Source: Gemmatimonadota bacterium (GTDB lineage Bacteria > Gemmatimonadota > Gemmatimonadetes > JACCXV01 > JAHWKZ01). From it: DNA of 49,188 nucleotides. Made by a program: the position numbers and the translations under genes. The notes beneath the pieces were generated by a model. That model was not told the origin of the DNA and ran no database searches. It saw only the letters and a program-made list of their open reading frames with translations. Each line of letters starts with the position of its first letter. Position 1 is the first letter of the stretch. This document shows, in pieces, positions 34,959 through 43,591 of this stretch. The stretch is taken from positions 1 to 49,188 of the forward strand of contig DASRVB010000148.1 in NCBI GenBank assembly GCA_035687725.1. The letters run 5' to 3'.

Positions 34959-37900
34959 GTGGTCCTGCAATCCATCCTGAAGCTCTTCGTGGGCGACAAG
35001 CACGGCCGGGAGCGCAAGCGACTGTGGCCGATCGTCGAGGAGATCAATGCCCTGGCCGCCGAGCTGGAGGCCCTCTCCGACGACGAGATCAAGGCCAAAA
35101 CCCAGGAGTTTCGCCAGCGGCTCCGCGAGGGCGAAACCCTGGACGACCTCCTGCCCGAGGCCTACGCGGTCGTCAAGGAAGCCTGTCGTCGCAACCTGGG
35201 GCGGACATGGAAGGTCACGGACCAGGACTTCATCTGGGATATGGTGCCCTTCGACGTCCAGCTGTTCGGCGGCATCGTCCTGCACGAAGGCAAGATCGCC
35301 GAGATGGCGACCGGCGAGGGCAAGACGCTGGTGGCGGTCCTGCCACTGTACCTCAATGCCCTGGAGGGCAAGGGTGTACATCTCGTCACCGTCAACGACT
35401 ACCTGGCGAGACGCGACTCGGAATGGGTCGGCGAGATCCTGCGCTGGCTCGGCCTGACGGTCGGCTGCATTCAGAACCAGATGAGCTCGGAGCAGCGGCG
35501 TGAGGCATATGCCTGCGACGTGACCTACGGCACGAACAACGAATTCGGGTTCGACTATCTGCGCGACAACATGGCGGTGGCGCGCGAGCAGCGCGTGCAG
35601 CGCGGTCACAACTTCGCGATCATCGACGAGGTCGATTCGGTCCTCATCGACGAGGCCCGCACGCCGCTCATCATCTCCGGGCCCACACACCACGACACGT
35701 CCTCCAAGTTCGGGGAGCTCAAGCCGCTGGTCGAGCGGCTCGTCCGCGAACAGACGCGCATCGTGAACCAGCTGGTTTCCGAAGCCGAGAAGGCGCTCGC
35801 GGACGACGCCGAGGAGGGACTGGACTACGACGCCGGGATCAAGCTCTTCCAGGCCCGGCGCGGAATGCCCAAGCACAACCGGCTCATGAAGGTTCTCAAC
35901 GAGTCGGGGGTGAAGAAGCTCGTGCAGAAGGTGGAAGCCGATTTCATGCGCGAGAAGCGGGCCCACGAGCTCGACGAGGCGCTGCTGTTCGCGATGGACG
36001 AAAAGGGGCACGACGCCCATCTCACCGATCTCGGCCGCGAGAAGATCACCCCGAACCAGCCCGATCTGTTCGAGGTTCCCGACCTGTCCCAGCTCATTCA
36101 CGAGATCGACCTCGACCCGGAGCTCTCGGAGCAGGAGAAGAGCGCAAAGCGGCTGGAAGCGGAGCGGCAATACGCCGAGAAGAGCGAGACGATCCACAAC
36201 ATCAGCCAGCTGATCAAGGCGTACGCGCTGTACGAGAAGGACGTCGAGTACGTCGTGCAGGACGGCAAGGTCCTGATCGTCGATCAGTTCACGGGCCGGC
36301 TCATGCCCGGCCGGCGCTACTCGGAGGGGATGCATCAGGCGATCGAGGCCAAGGAAGGCGTCCAGATCGAAGGCGAGACCCAGACGCTGGCCACGATCAC
36401 GATCCAGAACTATTACCGCATGTACGACAAGCTGGCGGGGATGACGGGCACCGCCGAGACGGAAGAGGGAGAGTTCTGGCAGATCTACAAGATGGACGTC
36501 GTCGTCATTCCCACGAACCGCGAGATCCGGCGGCAGGAGTACGACGACATGGTGTACAAGACCCGCCGGGAGAAGTACAACGCGATCATCGACGAGATCG
36601 AGCGTGAGCACGGTCGCGGCCGGCCGGTGCTGGTTGGAACCGTTTCGGTCGAGGTTTCGGAAACGCTCTCGCGGCTGCTGAAGCGCCGCAATCTGCCCCA
36701 CAACGTGCTGAACGCGAAGCACCACCAGCGCGAGGCCGAGATCGTGGCCCGGGCGGGGCAGTCCGGTGCGATCACGATCGCCACCAACATGGCGGGGCGG
36801 GGTACGGACATAAAGCTCGGTCCCGGCGTCGTGCCGCGGAACTGGCCCGAAGTGGCGGAGAACGAGCTCCCCCCGGGCGAAACGCGGGACGAGCTGGAGC
36901 GGGTGATCAAGGAGGACATGCCGTGGGGCCTGCACATCGTGGGGACCGAACGGCACGAATCTCGCAGGATAGACCGGCAGCTGCGCGGACGCTCCGGGCG
37001 CCAGGGAGACCCGGGATCCTCGCGCTTCTTCCTGTCCCTGGAAGACGATCTCATGCGCCTGTTCAGCTCGGATCGGATCGCCAGCGTGATGGACCGGCTG
37101 GGGGCCGAAGAGGGCGAAGTGATCACCCATCCCCTGGTTACGCGGTCCATCGAGCGGGCGCAGAAGAAGGTCGAGCTCAACAACTTCGAGATCCGGAAGC
37201 GGCTCCTCGAGTACGACGACGTGATGAACAAGCAGCGCGAGGTGATCTACGCCATGCGCCTGCGCGCCCTCGAGGGCGAGATGGAGGAGGTGTTCGGGGA
37301 GGCCAAGGAGATCATCCGCGACGCGGCGGAAGAGAAAATCGCGCTGTTCATGGCGCCCGACTCGTATGCCCACGACTGGGACCTGACGGGGCTGCGAGAG
37401 GATCTCATGCGCACGTACCTGCTCCCCTTCGATTGGCTGGACCGGCTTGCGCGGGATGGCGGCGAGACGGTCTCCCCGGATGCCGAGTTGCCGACGACGT
37501 CGGACGGCATCGCCGACCGCGTGATCTCGGATCTGGAAGACGCGTTCGATCGGCGTGTGGAGGAGTGGGAGCCCGAGCGTGCCCAGCTGGTCATCCGCCA
37601 GGTGCTCCTTCGCGTGATCGACGAGAAGTGGCGCGATCACCTGTACGAGCTCGATCAGCTCAAGGGGGGCATCCAGTATCGCGCCTGGGGCCAGAAGGAT
37701 CCGTTGCTCGAGTACAAGACGGAGGCCTTTCAGATGTTCGTCGAGATGATGGACGATCTGCGGTCTAGCGCCTCCCAGCTCCTGTTCCGGGTCCAGATCG
37801 TCGACCCGCGGGCGATGTCGGCGGAGGACCGTCGCCGTCGCGAGAAGATCCAGCGCCAGCAGGTGGCGTTGCATCGCGTGGCCCCGGCCATGGCGGGCGC

Positions 37901-38093
37901 GATCCCGGGCGGCACGTCCACCTCGACGTCGGGGCTGCCCGGCGGTCCTGATCGGCAGGCCGCTCCGGAGGCATCCCGCAGCGGCGCCGTGGCCGCTGCC
38001 GACACGTTCGTCAGGGAGGGTGAGAAAGTAGGACGCAACGACCCCTGCCCGTGCGGCAGCGGCAAGAAGTACAAGAAGTGTCACGGCGCTTGA
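34959..38093 (+). CDS. secA: preprotein translocase ATPase SecA
   Basis: 1044 aa. Walker [72 protein letters not shown], and C-terminal zinc motif [17 protein letters not shown] start, with GGAGAA 8 nt upstream. Confidence 0.97.
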   Translation: MVLQSILKLFVGDKHGRERKRLWPIVEEINALAAELEALSDDEIKAKTQEFRQRLREGETLDDLLPEAYAVVKEACRRNLGRTWKVTDQDFIWDMVPFDVQLFGGIVLHEGKIAEMATGEGKTLVAVLPLYLNALEGKGVHLVTVNDYLARRDSEWVGEILRWLGLTVGCIQNQMSSEQRREAYACDVTYGTNNEFGFDYLRDNMAVAREQRVQRGHNFAIIDEVDSVLIDEARTPLIISGPTHHDTSSKFGELKPLVERLVREQTRIVNQLVSEAEKALADDAEEGLDYDAGIKLFQARRGMPKHNRLMKVLNESGVKKLVQKVEADFMREKRAHELDEALLFAMDEKGHDAHLTDLGREKITPNQPDLFEVPDLSQLIHEIDLDPELSEQEKSAKRLEAERQYAEKSETIHNISQLIKAYALYEKDVEYVVQDGKVLIVDQFTGRLMPGRRYSEGMHQAIEAKEGVQIEGETQTLATITIQNYYRMYDKLAGMTGTAETEEGEFWQIYKMDVVVIPTNREIRRQEYDDMVYKTRREKYNAIIDEIEREHGRGRPVLVGTVSVEVSETLSRLLKRRNLPHNVLNAKHHQREAEIVARAGQSGAITIATNMAGRGTDIKLGPGVVPRNWPEVAENELPPGETRDELERVIKEDMPWGLHIVGTERHESRRIDRQLRGRSGRQGDPGSSRFFLSLEDDLMRLFSSDRIASVMDRLGAEEGEVITHPLVTRSIERAQKKVELNNFEIRKRLLEYDDVMNKQREVIYAMRLRALEGEMEEVFGEAKEIIRDAAEEKIALFMAPDSYAHDWDLTGLREDLMRTYLLPFDWLDRLARDGGETVSPDAELPTTSDGIADRVISDLEDAFDRRVEEWEPERAQLVIRQVLLRVIDEKWRDHLYELDQLKGGIQYRAWGQKDPLLEYKTEAFQMFVEMMDDLRSSASQLLFRVQIVDPRAMSAEDRRRREKIQRQQVALHRVAPAMAGAIPGGTSTSTSGLPGGPDRQAAPEASRSGAVAAADTFVREGEKVGRNDPCPCGSGKKYKKCHGA

Positions 38094-38158
38094 CGGACGT
38101 TCGTCCGCGGCGCCTCGAGCCCTAACAGCATGAACTTCTCGATCGGAGGAGATCGAAC

Positions 38159-39301
38159 ATGATCGGAGTGCTCGACCGCTTGTCGGGCGGCGCCGGTATC
38201 CTGCGGCGCAAGGAGAACGCATATCTGCCGGGGGACGACGACGTATACGTCCCCGCACGGCTGATCGACCAGTACGGTTTGAGGAAGGGTGACGCGATCG
38301 AAGGCGAGATCGGCGCGCCCCCGGGCCGTGGAAAGCTGCCGCCCCTCAAGTCCGTGTCCGCCGTCAACGGCGAGCCCCCGGAGAACGCCCGTGCGCGACC
38401 CAAGTTCGATCAATTGCGGGCGACTCACCCGGACGAGCAGCTGACGCTCGAGATCATCGACGAAAAGGACGCCCGTGGAGTCAACGGGGCGGGGCTCACC
38501 AACCGCATCCTCGATCTCGTGGTGCCCTTGGGGAAGGGGCAGCGGGCCCTGATCGTGGCGCCGGCCAAGGCCGGCAAGACGATGCTGCTCCAGGCCGTGA
38601 TGACGGGCGTGGCGGTGAACTACCCGGGTGCCGAGCTCATCGTGCTGCTCGTCGACGAGCGGCCGGAGGAAGTCACGGAGATGCAGCGCATGATCGAGAA
38701 GATCGGCCGGGGCGAGACGGTCGCCTCGTCGTTCGATTTTCCGCCTGATCGGCACGTGCAGGTCGCCGAGATGGCGCTCGAGCGCGCCCGCCGGCTGGTC
38801 GAGAGCGGCAAGGACGTGGTCCTGGTGCTCGACTCGATCACCCGCCTCGCACGCGCATACAACTCCATCGAGCGCTCGAGCGGCCGCACGCTGTCGGGCG
38901 GTATCGAGGCCGGCGCACTGGAGGCGCCCAAGCGCTTCTTCGGCTCGGCGCGCAAGGTGGTCGGCGACCGCGGTGGCAGCCTGACGATCATCGCCACCGC
39001 GCTGATCGACACCGGAAGCCGCGCCGACGAGGTCATCTTCGAAGAGTTCAAGGGAACGGGGAACGCCGAGATCGTGCTGGCGCGGGAGCTCGCCGATCAG
39101 CGCATATGGCCGGCCATCGACGTCACGGCCAGCGGGACCAGGAAAGAGGAACTGCTGTATCCGGAGGAATACCTCCACAGGCTGCAGCTGCTGCGCCGGT
39201 TCCTGTCCGACATGCGAACGACCGACGCGGCGGAATTCCTGATCGACAAAGTCAAGCACACCCGCTCGAACCAGGAGCTTCTCGACAGCATGAGCAAGTA
39301 G
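38159..39301 (+). CDS. rho: transcription termination factor Rho (short form lacking the N-terminal helical subdomain)
   Basis: 380 aa. An OB-fold RNA-binding part (GILRRKENAYLPGDDDVYVPARLIDQYGLRKGDAIEG) is followed by RecA-type motor blocks: P-loop APAKAGKTMLLQ, LLVDERPEEVTEM, LVLDSITRLARAYN, SLTIIATALIDTGS and EEFKGTGNAE. The ATG follows GGAGGA with 8-nt spacing, and an in-frame TAA lies at 38123-38125. Confidence 0.93.
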   Translation: MIGVLDRLSGGAGILRRKENAYLPGDDDVYVPARLIDQYGLRKGDAIEGEIGAPPGRGKLPPLKSVSAVNGEPPENARARPKFDQLRATHPDEQLTLEIIDEKDARGVNGAGLTNRILDLVVPLGKGQRALIVAPAKAGKTMLLQAVMTGVAVNYPGAELIVLLVDERPEEVTEMQRMIEKIGRGETVASSFDFPPDRHVQVAEMALERARRLVESGKDVVLVLDSITRLARAYNSIERSSGRTLSGGIEAGALEAPKRFFGSARKVVGDRGGSLTIIATALIDTGSRADEVIFEEFKGTGNAEIVLARELADQRIWPAIDVTASGTRKEELLYPEEYLHRLQLLRRFLSDMRTTDAAEFLIDKVKHTRSNQELLDSMSK

Positions 39302-39362
39302 ACCTTCCGCGAGGCGGGCCGAGCGACCGGCCTTCGGCATCCGCCTTGCACCGCGATCCGCC

Positions 39363-40052
39363 GTGCGCGGATCCGTCCTTTCGATCAAGGAATGGCCCAT
39401 CGCGGACAGGCCGCGCGAGAGATTGCTGCGCCTGGGCGCGGGCGCCCTTTCCACCGTCGAGCTTCTGACGATCATCGTCGGTAGCGGAAATCGGGCCTAC
39501 CCGGCGGACGAGATCGCCCGCCGCGTGACCGCATCCTATCCGGGCCTGCGACAGCTGGCCGGAAGGGCGGCCGACGACCTGCTCCTCCTGGAGGGAATAG
39601 GAGAGGCGACGGCGGCGCGACTGGCCGCCGCGCTGGAGCTGGGAAAGAGGCTGCAGAAAGAAAGGCGCGAGCGGCAACCGACCCTTTCCACGCCGCGCGC
39701 GGTCTGGCGGCATCTGGCGCTCGAGCTGCGGGATCGAGAGCGCGAGCGCTTCCTGGCGCTGTGCCTGAACACGCGCAACGAGCTGATCCGAGAGGTCGTT
39801 GTGTCGGTGGGATCGCTCAACGCCTCGATCGTGCATCCGCGCGAAGTCTTCAAACCTGCGCTATCCTGCGCGGCGGCGGGCCTCGTCATCGCCCACAACC
39901 ATCCATCGGGAGATCCTGTGCCCAGCCGCGAGGACCGCGAGGTGACGCGCGCGATCAGTGAAGCCGGTCGCATCCTGGACGTTCCCCTCCACGATCATGT
40001 GATCATCGGTGCCGATTCCTACTTTTCCTTCAAGGATTCGGGTCTGTTGTAA
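39363..40052 (+). CDS. radC: RadC-family JAB/MPN domain protein
   Basis: N-terminal HhH-like region (PRERLLRLGAGALSTVELLTIIVGSG; LLLLEGIGEATAARLAAALELGKR) and a JAMM motif (AHNHPSGDPVPSREDREVT). GTG start. Confidence 0.85.
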   Translation: MRGSVLSIKEWPIADRPRERLLRLGAGALSTVELLTIIVGSGNRAYPADEIARRVTASYPGLRQLAGRAADDLLLLEGIGEATAARLAAALELGKRLQKERRERQPTLSTPRAVWRHLALELRDRERERFLALCLNTRNELIREVVVSVGSLNASIVHPREVFKPALSCAAAGLVIAHNHPSGDPVPSREDREVTRAISEAGRILDVPLHDHVIIGADSYFSFKDSGLL

Positions 40053-40061
40053 GATGTGGAT

Positions 40062-40090
40062 TTGAATATTCTCAACAGGGGTGGTATATG
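40062..40090 (+). promoter_or_regulatory. sigma70-like promoter candidate (TTGAAT-N17-TATATG) for the small low-GC ORF
   Basis: The -35 is at 40062-40067 and the -10 at 40085-40090, inside a stretch of about 44% GC (hand count, 40053-40151) just after the radC stop. Confidence 0.3.
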
Positions 40091-40151
40091 AATTCGTGTC
40101 GACTCCTGAATGGAGATCCAATCCTGGGGTTGTTTTCAAGGGAGGTATTCG

Positions 40152-40505
40152 TTGGCGTTCGAAACCTATGTTCCACAGAGAGGTCGTTCGGCCGGCAAGT
40201 CGACGATCAGAGTGCTCAAGAACGGAAACTTCTCGATAAGCGCCGCCGCCTATCAGAAGTGGTTCGACAAAGCGAATTACGTCGAGCTTCTGTTCGATCC
40301 GCGAGCGCGCAAGGTGGGCCTCAGGCCGCGGGGGAAGCCTACGAGGGCATCCTATAAGCTGCGGGAATCCCCGCAGGGAGGCGACCGACGGTACGTCTCC
40401 GGATCGCAGTTCCTGGAGTCGTATGGGGTGAGGCTCCGGAAGGCGCGGAGCTTCGACGCGAAATGGAACGACAAGCAGAAGCTCGTCGAATTCTCGTTGA
40501 AATAG
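40152..40505 (+). CDS. hypothetical small basic protein (possible tandem AbrB/SpoVT-like half-domains)
   Basis: Open frame 40110-40505. I favour TTG 40152 because AAGGGAGG (40138-40145) lies 6 nt upstream, whereas ATG 40110 has no SD. The result is 117 aa, rich in Arg/Lys. It uses many codons that are rare for a high-GC genome (gtt, cca, aga, ggt, tat, gaa). A strong terminator follows. I do not recognise a family. Confidence 0.5.
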   Translation: MAFETYVPQRGRSAGKSTIRVLKNGNFSISAAAYQKWFDKANYVELLFDPRARKVGLRPRGKPTRASYKLRESPQGGDRRYVSGSQFLESYGVRLRKARSFDAKWNDKQKLVEFSLK

Positions 40506-40531
40506 GCGGAATTCGCCAACGGACCCTGGTC

Positions 40532-40571
40532 GCGCCGGCGCTCCGAGATGGGGCGCCGGCGCTTTTCGTTT
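40532..40571 (+). terminator. Rho-independent terminator
   Basis: A 10-bp GC stem, GCGCCGGCGC (40532-40541) pairing with GCGCCGGCGC (40553-40562), an 11-nt loop, then TTTTCGTTT (40563-40571). It lies 27 nt after the small-ORF stop. Confidence 0.65.
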
Positions 40572-40590
40572 CGGGGTGGGCGGAGGTATT

Positions 40591-40616
40591 CTAGTGTCGT
40601 GTCGGCACAACACTAG
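40591..40616. promoter_or_regulatory. 26-bp imperfect palindrome upstream of rel (possible operator or leader hairpin)
   Basis: CTAGTGTCGTGTCGGCACAACACTAG is self-complementary at 22 of 26 positions by hand alignment, with perfect 7-bp outer arms (CTAGTGT/ACACTAG). It ends 32 nt upstream of the rel ATG. Confidence 0.3.
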
Positions 40617-40648
40617 GCCCTACGACGTTCCGGGCCCGATGGCGAGGC

Positions 40649-42829
40649 ATGGACAAGAAGCGCTTCCTCCGTTCCCTGCAACCCTTCGAGGATCGACTCG
40701 ATATCGAGACGATTGCGAAGGCGTACGCCTTCGGGGAAGTAGCGCATGCTGGCCAGAAGCGCCTGTCGGGAGAGCCGTTCATGGCTCACTCCGCCGAGAT
40801 CGCCCGGATCCTCGTCGACATGAACCTGATCGATACGACGACCATCGTGGCCGCGCTGCTCCACGACGTGGCGGAGGACACGCACGTCAGCGTGGCGCAG
40901 GTCGAGGATGCCTTCGGGCGGGAGGTCGCCGCGCTGGTCGAGGGACTCACGAAGCTCGGTCACCTGCGATTTCGCTCACGCGAAGAGCGTCAGGTCGAGA
41001 ACTACCGGAAGCTCCTGCTATCCATGGCGCGCGACATACGAATCATAATGATCAAGCTCGCCGACCGGCTGCACAACATGCGCACGCTGGAATACCTGCC
41101 GGACGACAAGCGCCAGCGCATCGCGAGCGAGACTCGCGACATCTATGCGCCGCTCGCCCATCGCTTCGGCATGGCGACCATTCGCTGGGAGCTCGAGGAC
41201 CTGTCGTTCAAGTTCCTGGAAGCGGATGCATACCGGGATCTAGCGAAGAAGGTGCAGGCCAAGCGCAGGGAGCGCGAGCGCATGATCGCGGCCATCGGCC
41301 GGCCCTTGGAGGAGGCCCTCGAGGAGGCCGGCGTTCCGGCGGAGATCACGGGCCGTCCCAAGCACCTGTGGTCGATCCACAAGAAGATGCAGGCGCGAAA
41401 CAAGCCCTACGAGGAGATCTACGACCTGCTGGCGATCCGCGTGCTCACCGAGACCGTACGCGACTGCTATCACGGCCTGGGGATCATCCACACGCTGTGG
41501 ACTCCGGTGCACGAGCGGTTCAAGGACTACATCGCGACCCCCAAGTCGAACATGTACCAGTCGCTGCACACCACCGTCTATGGCCCGGGCGGCACGCTCT
41601 ACGAGATCCAGATCCGGACCTGGGACATGCACCGCACCGCGGAGGTGGGGATCGCGGCCCACTGGAAGTACAAGGAAGGCAGTGCGGGCACGGAGATAGA
41701 CGAGCAGCTGGCGTGGTTCCGCCAGATCCTGGAGTGGCAGCAGGACATGACGGACCCCGAGGAGTTCCTGGAATATCTGAAGATCGACCTCTACAAGGAC
41801 GAGATCTTCGTTTTCACCCCGAAGGGCGACCTCGTCCAGCTCCCGGCGGGGTCGACCCCCATAGACTTCGCCTTCCAGGTCCACACGCAGGTGGGAATGC
41901 ACTGCTCGGGCGCGCGCGTGAACGGCCGCATCGTGCCCCTCCACAAGGAACTGCGTTCCGGGGACATGGTCGAGATCCTGACCCAGTCGAATCAGCGGCC
42001 CTCGCGCGACTGGCTGCACTTCGTGAAGACCTCCAAGGCGAGACAGCTGGTCCGGCGTACGATCCGCGAGGAGGAGTATGCCAGCTCGCTGGCCCTGGGC
42101 AAGGAGCTGCTGGAGAAGGAATACCGGCGCAATCGCGTTCGGCGGCCGGACGACGAGCGGCTCGACGAGACGGCGGCCGCATTCCATCTGGGTGGGATGA
42201 AGGACCTCTACGCCGCGCTCGGCCGCGGAGATCTCACCCTGACCCAGGTCTGGAACGTGCTGTTCCCGGAGGAGAAGGCCGTGGAGCGCCGGCCGGCGAC
42301 TGCGTTCGAGCGCCTGGTCGAGAAGATCAAGGGCGGCCCGCAGGGCGTGAAGATCCAGGGCGTGGACAACATGATGGTCCGCTTCAGCCAGTGCTGTCAG
42401 CCGATTCCCGGCGACGACATCATGGGCTACATCACCCGCGGAAGGGGGGTCTCCATCCACCGCACGGACTGCCCCAACATCCTCAACCTGACCGACGAGC
42501 CGGAGCGGAAGATCGAGGTCCGCTGGGATACCTCCGACGCCCAGACGTTCATCGTGCGGCTGGTAGTAACCGGCACGGATCGGCGCGGCCTGTTCGCCGA
42601 CGTCGCCGGTGCCGTCTCGCGGACCTCCACCGACATCAAGAGCGCCGACCTCACGGTCAACGAGACGGGGATCGAGGGGACCTTCGTGATCGAGGTGAAG
42701 GACCTCGACCATCTCAATCGCGTGGTGGGGGCGATGAAGTCGATCGACGGGATCCTGGAGGTGGAGCGGCGCGAGTACTTCGGATCCCACGAGCTGGGGG
42801 TCGAGACCGGACGCGTCGTCGGGGGATAG
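40649..42829 (+). CDS. rel: bifunctional (p)ppGpp synthetase/hydrolase (long RSH, Rel/SpoT)
   Basis: HD hydrolase domain (AHSAEIARIL...LLHDVAEDT...IKLADRLHNMRT), synthetase domain (GRPKHLWSIHKKM...YDLLAIRV...YQSLHTTV...EIQIRTWDMH), TGS (VFTPKGDLVQLPAGSTPIDFAF), and a C-terminal ACT-like domain. Confidence 0.93.
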   Translation: MDKKRFLRSLQPFEDRLDIETIAKAYAFGEVAHAGQKRLSGEPFMAHSAEIARILVDMNLIDTTTIVAALLHDVAEDTHVSVAQVEDAFGREVAALVEGLTKLGHLRFRSREERQVENYRKLLLSMARDIRIIMIKLADRLHNMRTLEYLPDDKRQRIASETRDIYAPLAHRFGMATIRWELEDLSFKFLEADAYRDLAKKVQAKRRERERMIAAIGRPLEEALEEAGVPAEITGRPKHLWSIHKKMQARNKPYEEIYDLLAIRVLTETVRDCYHGLGIIHTLWTPVHERFKDYIATPKSNMYQSLHTTVYGPGGTLYEIQIRTWDMHRTAEVGIAAHWKYKEGSAGTEIDEQLAWFRQILEWQQDMTDPEEFLEYLKIDLYKDEIFVFTPKGDLVQLPAGSTPIDFAFQVHTQVGMHCSGARVNGRIVPLHKELRSGDMVEILTQSNQRPSRDWLHFVKTSKARQLVRRTIREEEYASSLALGKELLEKEYRRNRVRRPDDERLDETAAAFHLGGMKDLYAALGRGDLTLTQVWNVLFPEEKAVERRPATAFERLVEKIKGGPQGVKIQGVDNMMVRFSQCCQPIPGDDIMGYITRGRGVSIHRTDCPNILNLTDEPERKIEVRWDTSDAQTFIVRLVVTGTDRRGLFADVAGAVSRTSTDIKSADLTVNETGIEGTFVIEVKDLDHLNRVVGAMKSIDGILEVERREYFGSHELGVETGRVVGG

Positions 42830-42873
42830 CTCCGGAACATTTCCACCGAGAAGGGGTTTCTCCCTCTACTCCC

Positions 42874-43539
42874 ATGCCTGTGGTCCCCGATCCTCGACGC
42901 CTTTCCATCTTCGCGGCGCTGCTCCTCCTGGCGATGCCGGCGACGGCCGCGCCGGAGCAGGATCCGGGGGCGATCGCCGAGCGCGCAGACCGCGCACTCG
43001 CGTCTCTTCGGACGCTGGAGGCGGGCTTCGTCCAGCGAGTCGTCAATCCGGTGCTCGAGAAGACCGAGATCGGTCACGGGACCCTGTACTACCGCGCGCC
43101 GGGCCGCTACCGCATCGAATACACATACCCGCGAGGGGACATGGTCGTCGACGACGGCACCTGGGTCTGGATCTACCTGCCCTCCAGCCAGCCCGACCAG
43201 GTCATCCGGCAAGCCGCCGACGGCTCCGGTGGCGCGAACCCGCTGACATACCTGCGCGATCTGCGCTCGATGTACGACGTCGGCCTGGCGGCGAGCGAGG
43301 CGATCTCGGGTGAGGCGAGCGACCACCTTACCATGGAGCCGCGCGTCGAAGATGCTCCCTTCACGCAGGTCGACGTGTGGGTCGGTCGCCGGACAGGCCT
43401 CCTGCGGCAGGTGCGCACGGTCACCGCCGACGGAGTCGAGAAGTCCTATACGTTCACGTCGCTCGACCCCGGGGCGGAGGTTCCCGAGTCCCGGTTCCGC
43501 TTCTCGCCGCCCGCGGGTGTCGAAGTCTACGACCAGTAG
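42874..43539 (+). CDS. lolA: outer-membrane lipoprotein carrier protein LolA-like
   Basis: A signal peptide ([19 protein letters not shown]) and LolA-like blocks ([10 protein letters not shown]...[15 protein letters not shown]...[13 protein letters not shown]). It is the C-terminal part of a 987-aa artefactual track ORF. Confidence 0.7.
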   Translation: MPVVPDPRRLSIFAALLLLAMPATAAPEQDPGAIAERADRALASLRTLEAGFVQRVVNPVLEKTEIGHGTLYYRAPGRYRIEYTYPRGDMVVDDGTWVWIYLPSSQPDQVIRQAADGSGGANPLTYLRDLRSMYDVGLAASEAISGEASDHLTMEPRVEDAPFTQVDVWVGRRTGLLRQVRTVTADGVEKSYTFTSLDPGAEVPESRFRFSPPAGVEVYDQ

Positions 43540-43591
43540 GCGAGAGCTACGAAGGTTCGACCGGCTTCCGTGTGGTTCGTATCTTCGGTCC

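Noticed and set aside
34098-38258. A 1386-aa minus-strand ORF covering nadD and all of secA.
   Set aside because: This has the same high-GC antisense cause. secA on the + strand is certain, and the minus-strand product has no motifs and an extreme Arg/Leu/Val/Asp bias.
39363-40052. RadC/JAB protein as a marker of a defence island or mobile element.
   Set aside because: It is a canonical-length RadC with the HhH N-domain, GC and codon usage match the host, and it is flanked by rho and rel. No nuclease, methylase, integrase or toxin genes are adjacent.
40532-40562. Two identical copies of GCGCCGGCGC 21 nt apart, considered as a mini repeat array or REP element.
   Set aside because: There are only two copies, which are mutually and self-complementary, and a U-tract follows directly after a stop codon. 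The simplest reading is an intrinsic terminator stem. No CRISPR-like periodicity appears anywhere in the window.
40094-40604. An 8-bp direct repeat TCGTGTCG at 40094-40101 and 40597-40604 bracketing the small low-GC ORF, considered as a target-site duplication of an inserted element.
   Set aside because: An 8-mer match between two regions of about 100 bp is not improbable by chance. The left copy lies downstream of the candidate promoter, so it does not bracket the whole unit. There are no terminal inverted repeats and no recombinase gene.
40576-43539. A 987-aa + strand ORF that looks like one giant protein overlapping rel.
   Set aside because: Only its last 221 codons (from ATG 42874; signal peptide plus LolA-like blocks) look like a real protein. 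The upstream part is an alternative frame of rel with Arg/Gly/Pro junk composition.
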